This document shows, piece by piece, positions 24,093 to 38,357 of a DNA stretch of 64,000 nucleotides (position 1 is the stretch's first letter; each line of letters opens with the position of its first letter). A program made the translations under genes and the position numbers. The DNA comes from Amphiscolops sp. MND2022 (taxonomy: Eukaryota): contig OZ076409.1 in NCBI GenBank assembly GCA_964187785.1, positions 40,798,001 through 40,862,000 on the forward strand, written 5' to 3'. The notes beneath the pieces are model-generated. The model was given only the letters and a program-made list of their open reading frames with translations. It ran no database searches and was not told the origin of the DNA.

Positions 24093-25708
24093 TACCCAAG
24101 TTGTCACGCCATGGCCCGTCATCCATGATTCATGGCTCGCAATGGCATGGCCCATGACATGGGCAATGTATGGATTTCCATGAATCATGGATGAATCATT
24201 GATGGAAATCCATGTGCCATGACCAAAAAAATTTGAAACGGGCCATTCCGATAGCCAAAACTGCCTTCAAAAAAGATGGATATGGTCCTATTTTTGACCA
24301 CTCTCCTTTACTTGAGCTGAACGGAATTGAAAGGACTATGGAAATAGGAATCAGATCCAAAACCTGGGTCATTTAAATCTAACAAGACGGGATCGTCTCA
24401 AGTCGGCGCCATATTTAAGGCTCAAAAATATTCAAAGAACAACTATTGGAAACATTTGGAAAAATTATTTTTTTCAAAAAAAAAATTGAAATTTTTTTTC
24501 GAAAAAAAGTATTTTTTAGAAAGTCGCACAATGCCGAAAAACTCAAAAAGAGGCCATTCAGGCTCATTAAACGTTTTTACAAACCGAAAACTTTCAAAAA
24601 AATGCAAGGGGTTACCCTTTGATAGAATCCGAAAATTTCGCATAGTGCCGAAAAAACGAAAAAAAATCAAACGAAAGAAAATCTTTGGTCTCGCATCTAC
24701 TTTTGGAAGCATAAAAAATTTGTGGTTTAGTGCGAGAATCGAACCCACGATCTCCGGCTTCTCAGAAAATTAGTTGAACAAATGAACAAAGATTGTAAGA
24801 AAAGTGGACCATTCAGGGTGAGATTGTAGGCTGAAAAAGAAAAAAAAGGGGGGACCCTTTGGGATTCATTAACATACTTTCTGTTGCAAAATATCAGAAA
24901 ATCCGAAGGGGGGACTCTTTTGAAAAATTAAAAATTTTCGAAAAAAAAATTAGCACAGTGCCGAAAAAAAATTGAAAGGGGGGACCCTTTGGAGTCTTCC
25001 GGTTTTGTAGGTTACGTAAAAAAGGTAAAAAACGAAAGGGGGACCCTTTGCAGTAAGTTTGCATTGGTCGAACTTGGCCTGAGTGAACTTATCAGTTTCT
25101 GTAAAAAGTGGTACATACGCGATGAGCTCTGTGGTCTGGCGAAAAAAAAAACTAGCCACTGTAATAGTCGGGCTTTTTTCCTTAAAGGAAAATGCGCCGA
25201 CTAAAAACGAAAACTTTGGTAGAGGGGAAACTAAGATCTGAAGGGAAGAAGGGAAAATTTCAGGCCGGGAATTAGATCTAAAATCACTTTCAGAAGAGTA
25301 TCTAAATCATGCATAATTTCGTCTCTAAATTGAGAATATTATCCAAAACTTGCGCAAAATAAAACTCTTATGATCTAAAATAAGCGCTTTTTCCAGCTTG
25401 AAATCCTGAAAGTTGTTTCTAATTTTTTTTTAAAAATCCCAAAAATCCTACCTATCTCAGCGACTTCAGGATACGCGGTGCCGAAAAGCGTCCTTAATGA
25501 TACCTGGGACATTAGGGTAAGTAACCCTCAGAAACAACAGAGCAAGGGGCAGAACAAGAGACCAAAATTGACACAGGGATAATGATCCATGGGGCTATGC
25601 CCTGCCAGGGGCCATCCATGATTTTCTATGGAAGTAGAAGTAATGCGTCGAAAAATCATTGATCATGGATGATTTTCTATGAAGGAGCCATGACAGACAA
25701 CCTTGGTA
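24093..25708. mobile_element. Possible TIR element with CATG-rich arms hosting a HINE
   Basis: TACCCAAGTTGTC ... GACAACCTTGGTA inverted ends; CCATG/CATGG clusters at 24110-24225 and 25580-25695. Confidence 0.4.
24381..25207 (-). mobile_element. HINE-like element (complete)
   Basis: AACAAGACGGGATCGTCTCAAGTCGGCGCC ... TAGTCGGGCTTTTTTCCTTAAAGGAAAATGCGCCGACTAAAA; closely matches the reverse complement of unit 6251-6790 over much of its length. Confidence 0.75.
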
Positions 25709-25751
25709 ATCACGCTTTACAGATGCTAATCCGTATTTCAAAACTAGTTGT

Positions 25752-28120
25752 AACAAGACGGGAACATCTGAAGTCGGCGCTATACCTAAGGCTCAAAATG
25801 CGCCAAGTTTTGAAAATATGCTCAGGATGTTTATGAGAATTTCACAAAAAACTTCCAAACACCAAAAGAGTACTTTTGTGCTCGGAAAACTTGTTCCGAA
25901 GTTCGGATATAGCGTGTTGAGACAAATACGAGCGCTTGTTTTCGAACCTCCGCTTCCACCTTAGTAAAACGCAATATAGTTCGGATACAACGTTGAAATT
26001 TCAGTTGTAACGCAATCTTTTCGAGCCTCCACCTCCAAAATTCGGAGAGTATTGAAAATGAAATATTCGGTTGGATATCTATGTAAAAGGGGGACCCTTT
26101 GAGTTTTTTTACATCCGTTTTGTTGCAAAATATCAAAAAAATTCAAGGTGGACCTTCTGGAGACTTTTAAAAGCTTTCGAAAAAAAAACGAAAACTGAGA
26201 AGTTTGAACAGTGTTGTCACAGTGCCAAAAAATGTAAAAGGGGAGAGTCCTTGGGATTTTTTAACAATCATTATTTTGCAAAAAATCAAACAACTGGAAG
26301 GGGGACCCTTTGGAGATTCGGAGACATAAAAAAGTTTCGGAAAAAAACGAAGAAATGAGAGGGGCGACCTTTTGCTCTGCCTTAGATGCGTTTTTTCATT
26401 GGCCAGTCTTGGCCGGTACAGTAGTGTCGTAGGCGCCCGCCTGCGATGGCAACTGGTATTCGATTGCCTACAGTCATTACAACGCTCTCCTTCCCTGGTA
26501 CGATCCCCCTCGACTAGGGGAAGTGGACACGATGTCCAAAAGACAATATGAAACTAAAACTCATTTTCCACTTTAATATTATTTTACTGTTGCCATTAGT
26601 TTAGCATTAAAATTCGGCGCTATGAAGGAATAACTTTCATGTAGTTTAGTCCATTTGTACTGTTAAAACATGCAATCACTTTAATATAATTTCACATGTA
26701 ATTGTACGATGCGTTATTTGTAATTGGACACCAAGGCGTACCGGCAAAGGAAACGTGTTCAATTGTTTCTTTGCCTGCTGCCTTGGACAGCAAGTCCAAT
26801 GTGGATTTTAACCAATAAGAGTTGAGCATCTTTATTACTGTGCTACATGTGAATTTATATGAAGGCCGTACTCTGCCGTTCAACTAATCAAAGCGATGCA
26901 TTACGGCTATGGGACCACCGGTCCTAATCAAACCAATAAGATGAAAGTGTTGTGCTAATAGTTGAATATGGCCCTTATGGCCTGTGGTAAATCGTTGCCC
27001 ATTATATGTAGACATTGCAGGAAACTGCCCGCTTAACTTCGGATCGGACTTATTGTCCTTTCCCCCCTTAGCTTCATTTCCAATACACTCAATTTTGCAT
27101 ATACATGGTTTGTATAATTAATATGCATGTAACGTTGCTAGTATCTTTTGCGTACTTGTAATACTCTCTGTTTGTCGTTTTGTTATTTTACCCGCCATTC
27201 TCGGCGAGCATCATCTTTGAAGTTCTGACGTAACCTAATCTAAATATAGACGGAAATATTTTTAGCATCGGGTAATCTATTCGTGGAATCATGACCACGA
27301 ACTTTTCGATAGTCATGCAACTCGTACTATATATACCCGGGACTCGTTGCACAATTTGTAATACTCATTTGTTGCAACCTATCACATACTTGTTACTGTT
27401 TGTTTGCAAGCCTGAGACAATTCAAATCTTACCTCTTGCAATAGCCTCTTATGCCTTCCACAAGAAAGCAGAAAGCGAAAGCTAGAAAGTCAAGGGAAAT
27501 GGACATGATGTCCAATTTTGAAAAAATGGACGTTATGCTTGGAAATGATAACGCCAATGCAATTGAGCGAGAACTCGCAAATTCAATAAGAAACTCGGAA
27601 TATCTTTGTGACGCTGAGTCCAACTTACAGTCAAGAGAAAATGGCTCTCATGAAAATGATTTCCGACATTTTGGTCGATGAAAACATGATCCCCAGACAG
27701 GATAGGCTTCAGGAGACAATGGAAACTTTTAAACTTTTACCAGTGAGCTTAACATGAGACTTTCACAGGAAATGGACTCGATGATTTCCATGATACATAG
27801 CCAAATAAACAGAGCAATCAACACCGCTATAGCAGAAAGAGTAATTCCCGAGATTCAAAATATGGTCAGTTCGATGTCATCCTTAGGAAATCGGGACACC
27901 GAGTCCAGTTTGTCCCCTAAAGTCAGGAGAATACTGAAAGGAACAGTGGGTTTAAAACTAAAATTACAAAGAAGGACTCACGGTCTGCTTGTGACCTGAG
28001 AGCCCCTAGGGACTGTAGTCCTTACAAGTAGTTTAGTAGTTTCTGTAAAAATCCGACGAAAAAACGTGTCATTGTAATAGTCGGGCTTTTTTCTTTAAGG
28101 GAAAATGCGCCAACGAAAAA
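25752..28120 (-). mobile_element. HINE-like element split by a solo LTR
   Basis: Reverse 3' end at 25752 (AACAAGACGGGAAC...AAGTCGGCGC) and reverse 5' hairpin at 28075-28120. Confidence 0.7.
26425..28026 (+). mobile_element. Solo LTR, Gypsy family A (copy 3, divergent subfamily)
   Basis: TGTCGTAGGCGCCCGCCTGCGA start, ...CTTACA end, perfect TSD AGTAG (26420-26424, 28027-28031); TATA at 27328; ORF MPSTRKQKAKARKSREMDMMS at 27451. Confidence 0.87.
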
Positions 28121-29626
28121 TAGCTAGAAATGCAATGTTCGGAATCATCAAAAATGATTATAAGCTTTTCCTGTTTTTCACCGAACAGGGTTGGTAGTTG
28201 CCACGATTCAACTAGAATGAAGTGGAACCAAATACTTTCCTTTGAACATTCATTAGGGTGTGCAGGCAAAATTGCGTGCATGCAACTGCATGTGAGGTAA
28301 GTCTGTGATATTCAATTGACAAGACTTAATGCAACTATATAGGTTGAAACCCCGATTTCCCGAAAATGTAGACAATTGTATTTCAACCTATTAGTTTTCC
28401 ATTTTTTTTGGAATGTGGTGAAATTTTTACAGAGCTTCATGAAATATATTGAATACTAATCCCTCTCAATCAAGCTGGGGTTCCATTCTGTCTAGGCGTA
28501 TTCAGAGAGGCTGCACTTGTTCAAGATTCAGGTGATAAAATGAAATTCTCACACTAAATGGATTCGAAACAAAAATTTCGTCTTCCAAAAACAAAAACTG
28601 AAAAAAACCCAAAATTCTTTAAATGTTAGATCTGATTGATATTACATTTTTTGATAAAGGAAAAAAGATATTATGCAATTAGTATGATTCAATTTGAAAA
28701 CTTGAAAACCTTGGAATTGTTCTAGGTTGTAAACCCAAGATTCCGCCTGGCAGGAAGCAAAATTTCAAAAAGCAAAAAATTATATATTTTTCAAAATATT
28801 ATGTCATATTTATGTAACTATAGTTTAGATATTTTCGAAAAGATTCTGCTTGGTGAGTCTGTGCTCAATGAAGATCACATTCCACATTGGAGTATGAATG
28901 TAAAGGTTGGTTAGTCTCTTAGCTACCGAGCGAGCATTTGCACAAAAACTACTCGGCAATCACTACTTTCAACTTTCTTAAGGCGTACGTCACTTTTGCG
29001 TTTCCAGCTCCTTGCATCAATTATGTACAGTAAGTCATGTACACCTTACAGTAAGTCATGAACGATGGCAGTGCAAAAATCAATTGAATCTTACGCAAGG
29101 CAAAGAAGATTTCTTCCTATATGGAAACTAGAATCTAAAATCTGAACTTCGCACAATTCAATTAGGTTCTGGGTCACCCTCATTTTGACGGTATACACAT
29201 TGTAAAATTTTTATCGGAATCGCTGAGGTTCCAATTCAAGTTTTTTAGATCTTCGGGCAGTGAGTTCGAAACGGAAATGATGGGCTTGAAAATCAAAACT
29301 TTCATAATTTTTGTGACGGTGACGAAGTTGAAAGATCAAAGACGTTTAATCAAGGTGGTAAAATTTCCAATACCAGCAGTCCAAAGAGTCACGCGAAATC
29401 AGTTTGGCCGGACCATTCAAATAGTTAACCCGTGTCTAAGTTATTACCGTTCTTTTGTTTTAACAAATCAGAACCTTCCACAAAAACTGATTGCGAGTAA
29501 AGTGAGAAAGTCCCAGAATACCAATATAAATCGCAGGAAGCTGTAGTAAATCTGTTAATAACGAAAAGACTAAAATCATTTTCAGCAGAGAATGAAACAA
29601 GTTATCAGATGAAACCCTTGTTCTAC

Positions 29627-32600
29627 TTCTTGGTTAGGATAAGAAAACAAGATTTTCCGGGTTAACCTTTCTACTCAGTAAAGTATCTGTCAAAGTGAAA
29701 CGTTCTATACTATAGCTAAACAACGGTATCAAATGATGCGAACATAAAACAACATACGGACACATTGTTTATGAACACAACAAAAACATCATGTGATTCT
29801 AATCTAGCTTGTTAGGTCTGTTTCGATCAAAGTTCGAATGACAGCTTCACCGGAAGAATCTGTCCGGTATGAACACCGTATAACATTCCGCCCCCTTCTG
29901 TACACCGGCTTCGGTAGGTTGAAAGAAAAGTTTGGAGTGTTCCTTTGAGATTACTCCATTTTTCGCCTGTAACATTTAATTTTCTTGTTTTCATACCCAA
30001 AAATTTCGAGTGTATGTAATCCCCCGTATCTATTCGGTTGTTTACTTTCAAGGTTTGACCGTCTGACTTTTTTGTTTTCGGTTCTTATATCTTCTGTTTT
30101 TATCTCACCTAAATTTGATTTGCCGTCCGTGTGAAGATTCAATTCATCTTCGGTAGATGTCGTGATTGGTCGGTAGCAGCCGTTTGCTTCGAAGGTGTCG
30201 TGATTTTCAAAATCATTTTCTTCGTCTTCTATTTTCCCCTCTTCGCTTTCGGAATCGGATTCCGTACTTTTATTTTGAACGATTTTTAGCTTCCTGTTCA
30301 GTACATCTCTCAGAATTTCGTTCCATTGTATGTACTTGCCATCGACCCCTCGGAAATAGTGTCGGTTCTTTGGAGTTATTGTGTCTCCGATTTTTGGTGC
30401 TGCTTTTCTTTCTTTCTGAAATGTTAACGGAGCAGAAAAAAAATCGGTTTATTACTTTTCCGGTATCGGTGGACATTCATCGGTCATTGGTCATTTGTCA
30501 TCTTTGTAGCCCCGGCATGTAGCAAGTTGAGTACTGTACCATAAGTAGAGTATCTAATAGCTCTCTTCTCGGTTCAGTTGGTACAGTTATCTGGTCTTCA
30601 TTGAAGGTCAGGCCCCACTTACATGAAATTTTTCAATGGTCGGTCTGTATGTCTCCGGAGCCGTGTTTTCCTCACCTCGTCTCATTGCGTACCTTACTCG
30701 GTTCAATTCGGCGTCAGTTCCGGATTTGGTAATTAGGGATTTTATGTCGAGCATGAAGCTACAAATGGCCTTTTTGATCCTGTATTCTGTAGTTTTTCTG
30801 TCTTCCGTCATTTTAGCAATAACTTGATTCATTTGAATGAATTGGGCATCTTTTCCGTCGGTGTTAAAGGCCTTTAGGTCGACAATTGGGGAGTTGTCGC
30901 CTTGAATTGCTTGGCTTTCGCCTTCATTTTCCAGTTCCTTTTCTTCCGCCATGCCCGACTGTTGTTGGTTTTCTTCTTCTTCTATTCGGTCTTCTAGTGA
31001 TTGGTAGTCCCCACCAAATCTATTGGCCCGCGTTAAAAGTTCTCCATCAATTTCCACAATCTCCGCCCGTCTTCTTTTTTTTGTCTGGAGGTTACCCAGA
31101 GTTGCCGTTGCGTGTTCTTGTCAATTTTTCGGTGCATTGTTTCCGGCCTTGACATTTCCAATCTCCTTTCATTGAGTCTGAGGGATTCTGTGCTCTTTCG
31201 TCTTCGTTTTATAATTTCCAAAATTTCGGCCGTGGCGCCCCGGTGGAAATAACTTCGATCCATTTCTATCTAAGGTGGTGGTTATTTTTAAGAATTGTTT
31301 GAACTTGAAGTTAAATTTCGGACTGTACTTTCCATTTTAAACATTTCTCGGCGTTTCATTGGTGTGAATTTCGCTTGTTCGCGGTTTTTGTTCACGTCTC
31401 GGTTTTACAATTTGATTGATAGTCGGTTTTTGCTTCAGTTGTTTTGTTTATTTCCGGCGCATTTCTGATTGGTGAACGAATAATCGTTCGTATTTGACGT
31501 TTATTTCGACATGTTTTGACAGAAAATTAATTACGTATTGTTCATCGTATACGTCTTCGGTTTTTGCTTTTTCTACCGTATTTCTACTTAGAATGTCGGT
31601 AAATTTTACGGTACTTCCTGCAACGTGTTGGATGGCTATTCAAAGTGTGCGATCCTATCTAGCAACCTAGTTGGTGTCGCGCTAATTTGTTAATTATATC
31701 GGTTTAGTTTGATCAATGGTTCAAGCTCTTAGTGGATTATGTACAGAAAGACTCCCATTCCATATAAAATAGGAACGGAACTTTTTCTAAGCTCCGAACG
31801 ACTGCCATTATTTTTATTTCTTCAATTGAATAATGTTTTGCACTTTAAATATAATATCTGCTGCCTAATGCTATCGGTTTTCTTTCTCTATCCCTACTGT
31901 TTTTGCCATAATGTAATTCCAAGTTCAATTTCACTTGCGTCGGGTGTTACGATGTTATCACTATCTTTTGCCTAATGTACTAGGCAAGGCTTTTTGGTTT
32001 GCAGCTTTGTTATATTGTTGAGATCCTTGTCTTGTGCTCTCCCCGAATTCCATTTTGAATCCTTCTCTTGGAGGTTTTGTAGTCTTTCAGTTCTTACCGA
32101 TATTCTCGGTATGAACTTTGTGAGATATTGTTTTGCACCGAGAACTGATTTCAATTGCTTTTGGTTTTCCGGGTGCTTCAGTTCCAGGATTGGCTTTACC
32201 TTCTCTGTGTTCGGTGTGTTTCCCGTTTCATCAAATTCGTGTCCCAACCATTTGTCTTGTTTAGAAAAAATTCGGATTTCTTTTTGCTTGCTCGTTATCT
32301 TGAGCTCGGTATTTTTTTCAGCAAGCCAAATAGTTTTATCTCGTGGTCTGTCCTGTCTCTTCTTGTAACCACTATTATATTCTCAAGCCAAGCCGGTGTG
32401 GAATTGTCTAAAAATTTTTGAATCGAGTAATATCTACTGAAATTCCCCCTGTTAGTGCAAACACATATTGTCGGCTCGTTTCGATAATCTCATTTGGCCG
32501 TAGGCGTAATCTAAATCGATTTTTCTATCATCAGTTCTTTTGTTCGGTCTCTTGTAATTTCTACCGAAACCTGGTTCAACAATTCCTCTATGTTTGGCAT

Positions 32601-34450
32601 ATGTGGTCTGTTTTTTCACACAGCTGTTGTTGTTCATTTTTTAGTCTAATTCAATTTTCGCCGACTTATCGTTTTATCGTAGTAATTATTGAGTACTACA
32701 GGAGAAACAAAACAATCTTCATCAACATGTCTTTTTTTTCTAGGTGTCCGGTTTTAGTTGGTTTCTCCAACTCTCTACCGACTTCTCCTTGTGGGTGTAA
32801 TGGGATTGGTCTTGCTTTCCGTTTTACTGGATAAAATCCCGGTTTTAATTGAATATTGATTTCGATGTCTTTTATTGTACTGCTAGTATTGAACAGATCA
32901 GGAAACTTTTCTCAAACACTCGCTTCTTTTTTGATTGGTTGTTACCGTCCCATCGGATGTTTCTGGTTGTTAAGTTGAACTTCTTCATCCAGCCCAATCC
33001 GAGTAGTGGTGTTATTTTATCTCTTTCGGTAATCAATGTTTGCATTTTTGTTTGTTATTTCCGTATTCAATGTCTATCGATATTTGTCCGCGAAAGTAAA
33101 CTTCATTTTATTGACGTCTTGGTATCAGTGTTTCACTGAATTGCTGTTTTCTTCAAGATATTGTTTTCTGTCCGTAATTTTGTTGAAATCGGGGATCCGG
33201 TATCAACTATAAATTCATTCTCAAGGCCGTTTATTTTCACTTTTACTGTCAAGTATTTGTTTCTGTCGGTGATTCTGTCTATCTTTTCAATTCCTAAAAT
33301 ACTCGATTCTGATTCGTCGGACTCTCCGCTAATTGTCGTTGTTTCTTCTTCGGTTACATTTCGCACTTTGCGTTTGTAATTTTCTCTTTGTCTGCATACT
33401 CTGGCAAAGTGTCCATTCTTCCCGCAATTGTTGCAGAGTCTATCCAATGTCGGACATTTATGAGTTGGGTTCTCATTTGGTGGGTTGAAGAAGTTACACG
33501 GTTTGTCATTTATCTTTTTTTTTCGTTCTTATTCTGAATCGTTCTGTTTTTGTATTGGTTCTTTTTGCTTTTTCTTGGTTTCAGATTAAAGCTTCCGGTG
33601 TTGTATTTTTTTGGTTTTCTCTTTCGTATGCATTTTGTTTGACCTATTGAAGTGTTTTCTTCAAATCTTCAGTTTCTTCTCTTTCATGATTTATCTCGGA
33701 GTTTTTTATGTGTAACTGTTGTCATAATGTTTGAAATAAGTAAATCTTCGGCTGCTTATCTTTCAATTGCACATTCTTTTTCGATTTCTATCAATCTCCG
33801 CCAGAAGTCTTCCGGTGTCTCGGTTTCAGTCTGTTTTGTACCGAAGAGATCTCCGCCATTATGTTAGGTGTTTTTTTTCGTTAAAAAGTATTCAATGAAT
33901 AGTCGGATAAGATCTTTCACTGCTCTATTAACGGGTTTGGTTTTATATTCTACCAGTGTCATCTAGTACACTGCTTCGAGGACTATGCCCCATAAAAATT
34001 TCTCTTGTAATTCAGCAACTTTATGGGTCGGTGCAACCGTTTTGTCATTTCAGCTCCCCGTATTAGTTCGGTAATATCGAGTTTGTATTTTCTCTTTGTG
34101 TATTGCCGAAATTTTCTGAGCCATTGTTACCGTGTGAACATTCTCTTCCCCTCTGAAGTGGCTTCGAGATTCGGTACTTCAATCTGTTTTGCCTCTTGTG
34201 TTATTGTGTTTGTTCCACTAAAATTTAGCAGTTAATTAAAATTGCTGACTGCGCTGGGTTCCATTTCTTGGTTAGGATAAGAAAACAACGTTTTTTGAAT
34301 CAGAATTTTTTACTCAGTAAAGTATCTGCCAAAGTGAAACGATCTATACTATAGCTAAACAACGTTATCGACTGATGCGATCATTCAACAACATACGAAC
34401 ACTCTGTTTACAAACACAACATAAATATAATTTGATTCAAATCTAGCTTG
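29627..34450 (-). mobile_element. Decayed Ty3/Gypsy retrotransposon, family B, with diverged terminal direct repeats
   Basis: ~185-bp direct repeats 29627-29811 and 34265-34450; minus-strand TGG just inside the right repeat (PBS-like); Zn knuckle CNNCGKNGHFARVC, protease FIVDTGSPIS, RT IDLDYAYGQM, RNase H remnants; integrase core mostly deleted. Confidence 0.85.
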
Positions 34451-34779
34451 ATACGCTGCTCCACAAATGTTTCCATACCACTTTAAAACATGTTACTTTT
34501 CAAATTTGATCAATTGTGGCTCACATTTTTCGCTACTTTCCGGAAGTTACCTGCCAAAATTTTGATTGTAAAACCTAGTTATTTCACACAATTATCGCAT
34601 CGGATTAAACGTTCATTTGCTAGTTTTTCAAAATGCACAGCAAAGAAATAGATGATTTATTTGATTTATCAAAACAAACATTAAGTGAAGGAACCCTTAC
34701 AAAAAAAACCAGAAGATCTCAGTTTATCGAAAGCTACAGCACAGTACATGATCAATAACGACTACAACCGAAAGAAATG

Positions 34780-35540
34780 CATGACCGGGTCCAAACCAGC
34801 ACCGGTCCAAACCAGGAACTTTGCATCTCAAAAATCCAAAAAAAAACGAAATTCTTCTTGAAAACTGAAAAAATCTTGCATCATAAAGGCTTCCAGTGCA
34901 ATGATAAGACGCCACCTCAACCGAAAAGGGCTGAAATATACTAAGAAATCAAAAACGTTTCTTCTGATGCTAATACAAAAAGAAAAAAGAATGGACAATT
35001 GTGAGAGCTGTATCGCTGACAAAGTGGACTGACAAAAAGTAGTTTAGTTTTTTTCGGACGAAAAAAAATTCAACCTCAACGGACCTGACCATTGTATGAC
35101 CTGGATGTGGAAAACGAAAGGCTAGATCGAAACAACCGCCAGGGTGGTGACGGAAATATCATGGTCTGGGGAATGCTTATTCCTTCAGGAATAAATTTTT
35201 GTGGAAAAAAATTGGCCTTGTAACTTCCGCTGTTTATCAACACATTTTTCAACGAGATAATTGCAGCGTGCATGTTTCTGAGAGTTCCCAAAATTTCTTT
35301 GAGGAGCAGGGTATTTTACTTCTGAATTGGTCCGCTAGTGGCCCGAACCTCAATCCTATGGAAAACGTGTGGTCAATGCTATCGGAGGCAGTTTAGAATG
35401 GACCACAACCAAGAAATCGCTTGGAGTTGGAGCAACGAGTGGAGGAAGCAGTTTTGGACATAAATCTGCAAGGCTGTGAAAAACTGGAAAAACTGTGCTG
35501 TTCAATGCCTCATCGATTTGCTATCTTCAAAAAAGTGGAA
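34780..35540 (+). mobile_element. Tc1/Tc3-like DD34E transposase relic
   Basis: FSDEKKFNLNGPD (D at 35057), GGDGNIMVWG, FQRDN (D at 35256), WSASGPNLNPMENVW (E at 35361; 34-residue spacing); stops and deletions. Confidence 0.85.
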
Positions 35541-37286
35541 ATAAAATTTCTTATTACCTAATTTTGCCAAGACAATGGACTGAGAATGAATCTGGAAAAC
35601 GCTCTTCAGCAAGCGTTTTGTAAAACTTTTCTTCTCAAGTTCTTGTGAACAATTAATTTAGATATTTTGTGATATCGCCTTTAAAAAAAACTACTCTAGA
35701 TTGGAAAATCGAACTTAATTATTGCTACCTTCAACTATGTCAACAGTCCAATGGTTTCCTTTTTGCAGCCATTAGGCCGCCGCAGAAAAAATGCTAATTG
35801 GTCTGCTGTGACACACGACACCCACAGTGGAAGATGAATCGCCACTCATTAACCCTTTTGTTTTGTTAAGAACAGAAGTAACTTAAAGTATCTAGCACAT
35901 AGTGTGGGACTAGGGGGTTCACTTTATTCTGAGTTTTGAAGAAATTCTTTAAATTGCACTCCTTCGAGTAACTTCTCGTTTCCTTATTCAATCTGAGTTC
36001 GTCGATAGGGCGGCCATTTCTTAGGTGTTTGTGGGTGAAACAGAGCAATCAAAAGGTCTTCCGGTATGAAATATTTTCAACATTCTGGAGAAACGTTCCG
36101 GTATACTTGTATGGATAGGAAAAAGGCTAACGTTTGCATATTTTATACATCACTCTAGTTTTTCAACTCCAATAAAAAAATTTTTGTAAGGTTTTCATGA
36201 AAACACTAACTGAAAGGATCTGGCTAGCGATGAACGAGACCGATTGGTCCATGCTACAAGAATATTCTACTTTTGTTGTACTGGAATATGTTCGGCATCC
36301 AAATCGAGGCTGCGTGCATTACCTATTACCTTTGGTTATACCATTGTTTCATATGGAAATCGTAAAAATGTAACCGTTCTCGATCTACTTGCGGTATTTT
36401 TTCTTCTCCAGTAAGTCTTCTCCGGAGTTGCACAAGGAGTCAAAAGCGTTGACAAGCGTCATATCCCATACTAAATATCTAGTCATTTCACAATGAATCT
36501 TGTTCGTTTCATCGGGGGCATTTACCATAGATTCGGTACAATCCCAGGTTGAAGTCAAGTCGAATGTTGCCAACATCTGCTTAATTAGAACGTTTAAACT
36601 AGCACACCATGTTGTTGAATCTTTTTACAACTGTGACATGTATGGGCTACACAGGTGTTTGCTTCGAAGCGTAAACCGATCGAAATCAGTAGCTATTGTT
36701 CATCAAGACTGATGCATAGGTGCTCACAGGATACGGCGTTCAACCCCTGAGAACCGAACTTTCTTTGTTGAGTTCACAAGTCTCAAGCTGTTTTCATTCA
36801 TTCTAAATTTCAGTTAGTTTTAGGGTAAATGGGACTTCGCTTTTCATTCGTCACATTTATCGAACGCCAAATTGAAGGAAACACTTTCGATCGTCTTAAA
36901 AAAACGTGAACGACAGGAAGTCGAACACATCAAAAGCTAGCAGGGATGCAGATAAAATACCAAAACCAGCTATTTCTACCGGGCGAGTGGGTTGTGAAAC
37001 GAATATTTTGTGAGAAATTGCGTTGAGAACACTTTTCGTACAGTTATAGCAGATTTTTCCAATAGCGCTTTGTGATTGAAACTGCAACTAGCTGGTCGTG
37101 AAAAATGATTGTGTGGGTCCAGTACTGAAGCAATATTTCAACAGGTGAGCACAACATTACGCCTCTGATTTCCAGTCGGCGCTTTTTGTGCAACAAAAAT
37201 GCCGGCATCTTACAGTGGCTTTTCTTCAAGACCACGTAAATCACGCTGAAAAGTCAAGTTTTTACAGAATTTGTCTGTCATCCTTC

Positions 37287-38357
37287 TGTCGCAGGCTGCC
37301 GCCTGTGACGGTACCCGAATAACAACATCAACGCTCGCACAGGTACCCTACCTACATACTGAAACAAAACTTAGACCAAAACCTAATTTATCATTTTTTA
37401 GTATTTCCAATATGTTTTGTTGTGTTATATTATTAGTCTGTTGACATTTGAATGTTCCTTAATTTATCATTTTTCAGTATTCCCAACATGTTTTGTTGTG
37501 GTATATTATTAGTCTGTTAACATTTGAATGTTCCCTTTTTGAATGTTAACATTTTTGAAAGGTTCCCATCCATAACCGTCCAAATTCCTCCACCCCTTTG
37601 ATGAACGTTAACTTGATGATATTGGAATTTGATACTCGTTTAAATGTTGATTTGTTGACACTGAAAAATGTAAGTGTCATTCCCCTGAAGGTATATATAG
37701 CAGTAACACCCTCGGGGTGGAAACAATTTTCCGAACTATTTTGTGTTCAAGACGTTTATAAAAGTTCAATTTTCCGATAAAATAATTCAATAATTCCCAT
37801 CGGGTTTTCTTCATGCCTTCTAAGAGAAAACAGAAAAGTAAGGCAAGAAAGTCAAAAGAAGGTGATATGCTATACTACATTGAAAATTTATATATAATGT
37901 TAGGCAGTAATCGCCTAGAGAGAGAAGAGTGTGAATTTAGTAACTTTGTCAGTAGACCTGAAAGTCCTAGCTACAATGCTTTTGTGAATCATTACGTGAA
38001 TTCTCACTCTGGAGAAGATGAGATAAGGCGTTATGCTGAAAACGGCCAGAATTCAAGAAATGCTGACCCGAAAAGAGAGATATAAACCAAAGAATCACTC
38101 AAGTGATGAATGACCTTATGTGTAGCGTGAGCACACAAATGCAAAGAGCCATAAACGAGGCTATAAGTGAACATGTTCTGCCTCAGATTGAAGCTACCTT
38201 GAGGTCCGGACCAGCACGATTTCTTGATAGAAGGTGGGAAGTCCCGGCTAGAAGACCGTAATGTAGGTCTGAAAAAAAACGCAAATTCAGAAGCAGTTCT
38301 AGAGATAACGCCCCAGAGTTTCCAACAGGAATGAAGATCTAGAGAACACTCATTACA
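37287..38357 (+). mobile_element. 5' LTR of Gypsy family A (copy 4)
   Basis: TGTCGCAGGCTGCCGCCTGTGAC start; ends ...CTCATTACA at the position where the solo copies end; internal 76-bp tandem duplication (~37382-37534); TATA ~37692; ORF MPSKRKQKSKARKSK at 37813. Confidence 0.85.

Noticed and set aside
35700..37280. Possible decayed transposase fragments
   Set aside because: No catalytic or family motif could be identified.
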